The position numbers and the translations under genes are program-made. Positions 58,463 to 64,000 of a stretch of 64,000 bases of DNA are shown piece after piece. How positions within the stretch are numbered: position 1 is the stretch's first letter; every line of letters starts with the position of its first letter. Under the pieces are notes generated by a model. That model saw only the letters and a list, made by a program, of their open reading frames with translations. It was not told the origin of the DNA and ran no database searches. The stretch spans positions 4,288,001-4,352,000 of the forward strand of contig CM000151.3 of NCBI GenBank assembly GCA_000004695.1, given 5' to 3'. The stretch comes from Dictyostelium discoideum. Taxonomy: Eukaryota.

Positions 58463-58854
58463 ACACAACATTATTATTATTATTGTTATTATTATTATTA
58501 TTATTATTATTAATATTCAATATATATAATTACACTTGTTTTTCTAAACTTTTATGTATAAAACATTTCTAAATTTTACATATGCATTCAATACAAATAA
58601 ATAAATTCTTTTTTTTTTATTTATTTTTTTATTTATTTTTTTTTTAAAAAAAAAAAATATAATACACCACAAATCACACTTAAAGTGTATTATTACTCAC
58701 ACACATACACTTTTTTTTTTTTTTTAAAAAAAAATAAAAAAACAATCGAAATCAAAAAAAAAAAAAAAACAAAGAGTAGTTTTGTATGTGAGTATGTGTG
58801 ATGTGTATTTTTTTATATTATAACAATAACCAATTTAAAATGTAAAATTAATTA

Positions 58855-58896
<42 letters not shown>

Positions 58897-59894
58897 AGAT
58901 TCTTTATTCCAATAACCAACCTACACAAGATTTACGCGTATGTACATATTGATTGAAATAGATAGTATTTTCTATCTATTTAAATCTTCTTTTTTTTTTT
59001 TTTTTAAAATAAAAAAAATCTTTTAAAAAAAAGTTAGGAATTGGAAAAAGAAAGAATATGGATATTATTTATTTTTATTTTTTTTTTTTATTAGATTTTA
59101 ATTTTTCTAAACAATTAAATAACGTTTTTAAAAATTCGAAAGTTTTGTTTTTTTTTAAACTTTGAAAAAAAAGAAATTATTAATATTACATACACACACA
59201 CTCTCTCTCTCTCTAATAAATAGATAAAAGATTTATTAAAAAATAAAAAAATAAAAATAATTAAAAACAAATATATACTTACATATTTTTATAATATAAA
59301 AATGAAAATTTTAAACTTACAAGTATTTCATCAAATTTAAAAATAATAAAAACCATCAATTACACAAATAAATATCATAAATATCCTCATTATTTCATCA
59401 TCATATCCCTTTTATAATTTTTTTACAGTATTACTTTATTTTTTTTTATTTATTTTTTTTTTACTTTCTTTTTTTTGTAATTAATATTATTATTATTTTT
59501 TTTTTTTCCACCAATCAATCCACAATCATTTATCAATCAAGTATCTTTTAGTATTTAATTTCAGTTATTTTGAGGTAATTTATTTATTTATTTTTATTTT
59601 ATTTTGTTTTATTTTATTTTGTTTATTTATTTAATTATTTAAAAAAAATAAAAAAAATAAAAAATAAAATATAAATAGAGGTATATTTTTTAAATAAAAA
59701 AAAAAACATTAACAATAATATTTATTTTACTTTTTTAAAACATTATCAATTATATTTATTTATTTATTTAATTTTGTATCAATTCAATTTTTTTAAAAAT
59801 GTTATTTGGTAATTATTTAAAATAAAAATAAAAATAAAAATAAAAATAAAAATAAAAACAAATTTTTAATAAATTTATTAATTTATTATTTTAT

Positions 59895-60119
59895 ATGTGT
59901 GTATGTATAGAAACCTTAAAAAGCCTCAACTCAAATAATCAAGGACTTAGCTCAAATGAACAAGCATTTGGAAGTCCATCAAATATGAATGAATCAATGG
60001 TATTTGGTAGTCCATCTTCAAGTGTTTTGAGTTCATCATTCAAAGGTTCAAATTCAACCTGTGCAACCAATAAATCTGCCTCATCAGCAATGTTCAGCAG
60101 ACCATTCTATTATGAATAA
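59895..60119 (+). other. Small Ser-rich ORF (74 aa), preceded by an acceptor-like tgtatag. Possible small gene or terminal exon; very uncertain.
   Basis: The ORF MCVCIETLKSLNSNNQGLSSNEQAFGSPSNMNESMVFGSPSSSVLSS... lies in an otherwise ORF-free 2.6-kb interval. It has low complexity and no recognisable domain. Confidence 0.15.
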
Positions 60120-60962
60120 TTTCGTTGAGATTTTAATCATCTATCAACACCCTTTTTTTTTTTTTTTTTTTTAAAAAATTAAAAAAAAAAAAAAAAATAT
60201 TTGTAATTCCCATTTAAAACCTTTTTTATTATTATTTTTAATAAACATTTCATTCTTTTTCCTAAAAAAAAAAAAAAAAAAAAAAAAAAATTTATTTTAT
60301 TTTATTTTATTTCACTAAAAATTAAAAATAGAAAAATAAAAATTGAAAATAAAAATTTATTTATACATAGAAATATATACCACTTTCTATTAGTCTATGG
60401 ACTTTAGAAAAATTAATTTTGGTTTTATTTTTTTTATTTTTATTTTATCTATGATTTATTTTTTTAGTTTTGTTTTAAATTTTTATTATTATTTTATTTT
60501 ATTTTATTTTTTTATTTTTAAAAATTAAATAATTGGTTATACTATAATTTTAAAAATCATTTAAATGACAAGATATTTTTTTTTTGGTGTGTGAAAAAAA
60601 ATGATTTTTTTGATTTTTTTGATTTTTTTGATTTTTTTATAAAAAAAATTATTTTATTTTTTATTTTTTATTTTTTTATTTTTTTTATTTTTTTATTTTT
60701 TTCAAATTAATTATAATTTTTTAAATAATATCTAACTTTCTTTTTTTTTTTTTTTTTTTTTTTATTCAATAACAAAAACAATTACTTTATATTTATAAAA
60801 TTTGTATATTATTTTAATTTTTAATTTAGTCAGTGTGTTAGGGGGTTTAGTTTCTATTGCAACCACATCTTAAAAATTAAAAAAAAAAAAAATAAAAAAA
60901 AAAATAAAAATAAAAATAAAATAAAATTTCAAAAATAATAAAATAAAATAAAATAAATTAAT

Positions 60963-61030
60963 AAAAAAAATAAAATAAAATAAAATAAAATAAAATAAAA
61001 TAAAATAAAATAAAATAAAATAAAGAAATA
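60963..61030. repeat. (TAAAA)n pentanucleotide repeat, about 12 copies, upstream of the RhoGEF gene.
   Basis: aaaataaaataaaataaaat... read directly. Confidence 0.85.
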
Positions 61031-61075
61031 AAAAATAAAATAAAGAAATAATAAAAACTATAAAAAAAAAAAAAC

Positions 61076-61110
<35 letters not shown>

Positions 61111-61114
<4 letters not shown>

Positions 61115-63925
61115 AGACAATAGAACAAGAACAACAACAAATAACAGAGGTGAATAGTGAATATTATATAGATGAAAATGGTAATTATCAATATTATGAA
61201 GAAAGTTATTATAGTAGCGAACAAACTGAAAGTTATGACCTACAACAAGAACAAGAGCAACAAAATTATGATGAACAATATTACCAACAACAAGAAGAGA
61301 AACAACAACAACAACAAGAACAACAACAACAACAAGAACAACAACAACAACAAGAACAACAACAACAACCACAACCACCACCACCAACAACAATTCCCTC
61401 AACTATAGGAGATTTAAAAAATTTTGGAGAGGAAGAATTATTTTATAACTCATTATCTCATAGAAGTAAATGTGTATTGGAAGTTTATACAACAGAGAAA
61501 TCATTTTCACAACATTTAAATCATTTTATTTCAGTATGTATTTTTTATAATTTTAATATAAATATAAATATATATAATAATATATAAAAATATATATTAA
61601 TTTTTAAAAATAATTTTTTTTTTTTTTTTTTTTAGTTTTATTTAGATGGTATTAGAAATTCTAATCCACCAATATTAGATAGTTTTGGTATTTTAGAAAT
61701 ATTTTCAAATATAGAATCAATTAAAGATTTTAGTGAAGAGTTAATTAAAGATATGAAAAAGAAATTTGAAGATGGATCAGAGGATGTTGCAACACCATTC
61801 ATATTAAAAGAGAAACAAGTTAGAGAATTATATATACCATATGCAACTAATCATGCTAATCTAGTTGAAGGATTGAGTAAAATGATTGAAAAGCGACCAA
61901 TGTTAGCACAATTTTTACAACAAGTTAAAGAGAATCCATTGAATAAATCGAAATTGGATTTACCTTCATTTTTAATTATGCCAGTTCAACGTATGGTTAG
62001 ATATCAAATGTTATTCAATGAGATATTGAAACATACTGAAAAGGAGCATACAGATTATCAAAGATTAGAAGAGGCAACTCAAATGTCAATGTTAATCACT
62101 AGAACTATAAATGAACAAATTAGGAGACACCAAAATCTATTAAAAGTTCAAGAGATTCAATCCAATTTAATAGGTGGTCCAAAGATCATCAAAGAGAATA
62201 GAGTATTCGTTAGAGAGGGTGGTTTAATGAAAGTTTGTAGAAAAGAGGATAAATTTAGATGGTTTTTCTTATTTTCTGATGCTTTAATGTATTGTACTTC
62301 AACAAATTTACAACAAAATATTATTAACGATGCAGGTGGTGGTGGTAGTGGTGGTAGTGGTAGTGGTGGTGGTGGTGGTGGTGGCAATAATGATTTACCA
62401 AAATTTCAACCATTACCAAATACATCAAATCATTCATTCACATTTCATAGATTAATGTTATTATCAGATATTAATAAAATTAGGGATGTAAAAGATAGAG
62501 ATAATCAAAAGAATGCATTTCAAATAGTTTCTTCCTCTGAGAAATCATTTACAGTTTATGCTGAAACTCAAAAGGAGAAACTCAATTGGTTAAATGATTT
62601 TAAAGAGTTATTAGTCGATAAGAATAGAGTTGTTCAAGAATCAAGTGATATCACCAATAGTCAATTGAATGCTGATGAAGTACCAGTTTGGATACCCGAT
62701 AAAGAAGCAACTAAATGTATGTTTTGTAATGATGGTTTCACAATTATCAATAGAAGACATCATTGTAGAAATTGTGGTAAAGTAGTTTGTGGTAGTTGTA
62801 GTCCTCATAAACGTTTAATTCCTCATATTAAAAAGAATAAACCAGTTAGAGTTTGTTTATTTTGTTATGATTATATTGGTTTAAATGAAAAAGAATCACA
62901 AAATCATAATCAACAATCTTCTTCCTCTTCCTCTTCCTCTTCCTCTCTTCATATAAATGGTGCTCAAAGAAGTCATTTAGATATTTTAAATTCAATCATT
63001 GGTGATAGAAAAAGAACTCTATCATTTAGTAGTTTATATGGTGATGGTAGTATTGAATCAAATTCAACACAACCTTACAATTTAACTTTTAATAATAATA
63101 ATAATAATGGTGGTAGTAATGGTAGTGGTAGTGGTTCAAATCTTAATATTAATAATATTAATAATAATATACCAAATTCTTCAGCAGGTTTATCAAATAA
63201 AGAACATTATAGTACATTTAGAAAATTAAAGAATAAGATTTCAAAGGATTCATCCTCTTCTTCTTCAAGTATTACAATTACAAAAGAAAAGGATAGAGAT
63301 TTTTCAAGATCTCAATCAGATTTAAATTTAACAGGTGGTGGAAACAGTGGTAGTGGTAGTGGTAGTGGTGGATCAACACCAACCGGAAGACCACCATTAG
63401 TAGTTAGAGGTGGTATTCCATTACCAACTACCCAAAGTCATGGTAATTTAAGACCAATGTTACCAATAAATTCTGTTATTTTAAAACCATCAAACAATAA
63501 TAATAATAATGATCAACCTAAATTTCAATCACCCGAATTTCCTCAATCAAAACTTTCAAAAACTTCACCTCAATCATCGAGTAATAATTTAAATTTAATA
63601 ACTAAATCAAATAAACCACCTCTATCACCACCAACTCCACCACATCATAATCATCCTTTGCCACAAACTCCACCACATCATAATCATCCTTTGCCACCAA
63701 CACCACCACAACATCCTTTGCCACCACCACCACCACAACATCCTTTGCCACCAATCCCTCAGTCTCATACTCCACCTCAACACTCTTTGCCATCAGTCCC
63801 TCAATCCCATACTCCACCATCACCATCACAACAACACCCATTAATTATGCAAACTAAAAAAGTTACAAGATCAACTTCACAACCACCATTACCTGAACAA
63901 ACACATTCCTCAACTACTTTACAAC

Positions 63926-64000
<75 letters not shown>
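61111..64000 (+). CDS. FGD-like Rho guanine-nucleotide exchange factor: DH (RhoGEF) + PH + FYVE zinc finger. join(61111..61533, 61636..>64000); 3' end truncated by the window end.
   Basis: Exon 1 has a Q-rich N-terminus and the start of the DH domain (EELFYNSLSHRSKCVLEVYTTEKSFSQHLNHFIS). Exon 2 has the DH core LPSFLIMPVQRMVRYQMLFNEILKHT, a PH-like region REGGLMKVCRKEDKFRWFFLFSDALMYC...FQIVSSSEKSFTVYAETQKEKLNWL, and a FYVE domain WIPDKEATKCMFCNDGFTIINRRHHCRNCGKVVCGSCS...VRVCLFCYDY (the R(R/K)HHCRxCG motif). Donor is tca|gtatgt and acceptor is ttttag|ttttat, phase 0. It continues as a poly-Ser (TCA)n to the window edge. Confidence 0.8.
63925..64000 (+). repeat. (TCA)n coding microsatellite (poly-Ser) at the window edge, within the RhoGEF gene.
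   Basis: Perfect tca repeats, in frame. Confidence 0.85.

Noticed and set aside
61058-61408. ORFs 61058-61402 (-) and 61172-61408 (+)
   Set aside because: Antisense and alternate frames of the (CAA)n poly-Q region in RhoGEF exon 1.
62157-63841. Minus-strand ORFs 62157-62387 and 63602-63841
   Set aside because: Antisense to RhoGEF exon 2 (poly-Gly and Pro-rich stretches).

Overview
The window is AT-rich eukaryotic nuclear DNA with the hallmarks of Dictyostelium discoideum. It has about 78% A+T, very long poly(dA)/poly(dT) intergenic tracts, short introns of about 90-370 bp with GTAAGT or GTATGT donors, and (AAT)n and (CAA)n coding microsatellites that give poly-N and poly-Q stretches. No prokaryotic features, rRNA or tRNA genes were found.

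I reconstructed 22 protein-coding genes by reading conserved motifs in the translations and tracing splice junctions by hand.

- Genes identified by homology: an RBMS/MSSP-like RRM protein (partial), RRS1, NapA (SCAR/WAVE complex Nap1), an oxysterol-binding-protein-like gene, Pex19, listerin/Ltn1 (C-terminal RING), a serine carboxypeptidase (S10), Cdc73/parafibromin, a TMX-like membrane thioredoxin/PDI, and an FGD-like DH-PH-FYVE RhoGEF that runs off the 3' end of the window.
- A direct tandem array of four Golgi-type sulfotransferase paralogs.
- A tandem array of four secreted class-3 lipase paralogs on the minus strand.
- A putative Zn2Cys6 + coiled-coil + PAS transcription factor.
- A novel type I membrane glycoprotein.
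- A hypothetical F-box-like protein.

The most unusual locus is a 1767-aa, 3-exon gene at 36545-42064. It encodes five complete, tandemly repeated GNAT-fold acyl-CoA N-acyltransferase-like modules plus a sixth partial one (period about 260 aa) in a single polypeptide. Only two of the modules retain a canonical acetyl-CoA-binding motif A.

Other notable observations: mosaic nucleotide-identical tracts between two of the sulfotransferase paralogs, which suggests gene conversion; an apparent +1 nt frameshift in a T6 homopolymer inside cdc73 exon 1; large intronic and intergenic (ATA/ATT)n microsatellites; a GA-only purine tract in the RRS1 intron; and a dispersed ~30-nt motif present three times.

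Many ORFs in the supplied track are artifacts. They are translations of microsatellites, of poly(A)/poly(T) runs, of strands antisense to real genes, or read-through into introns.
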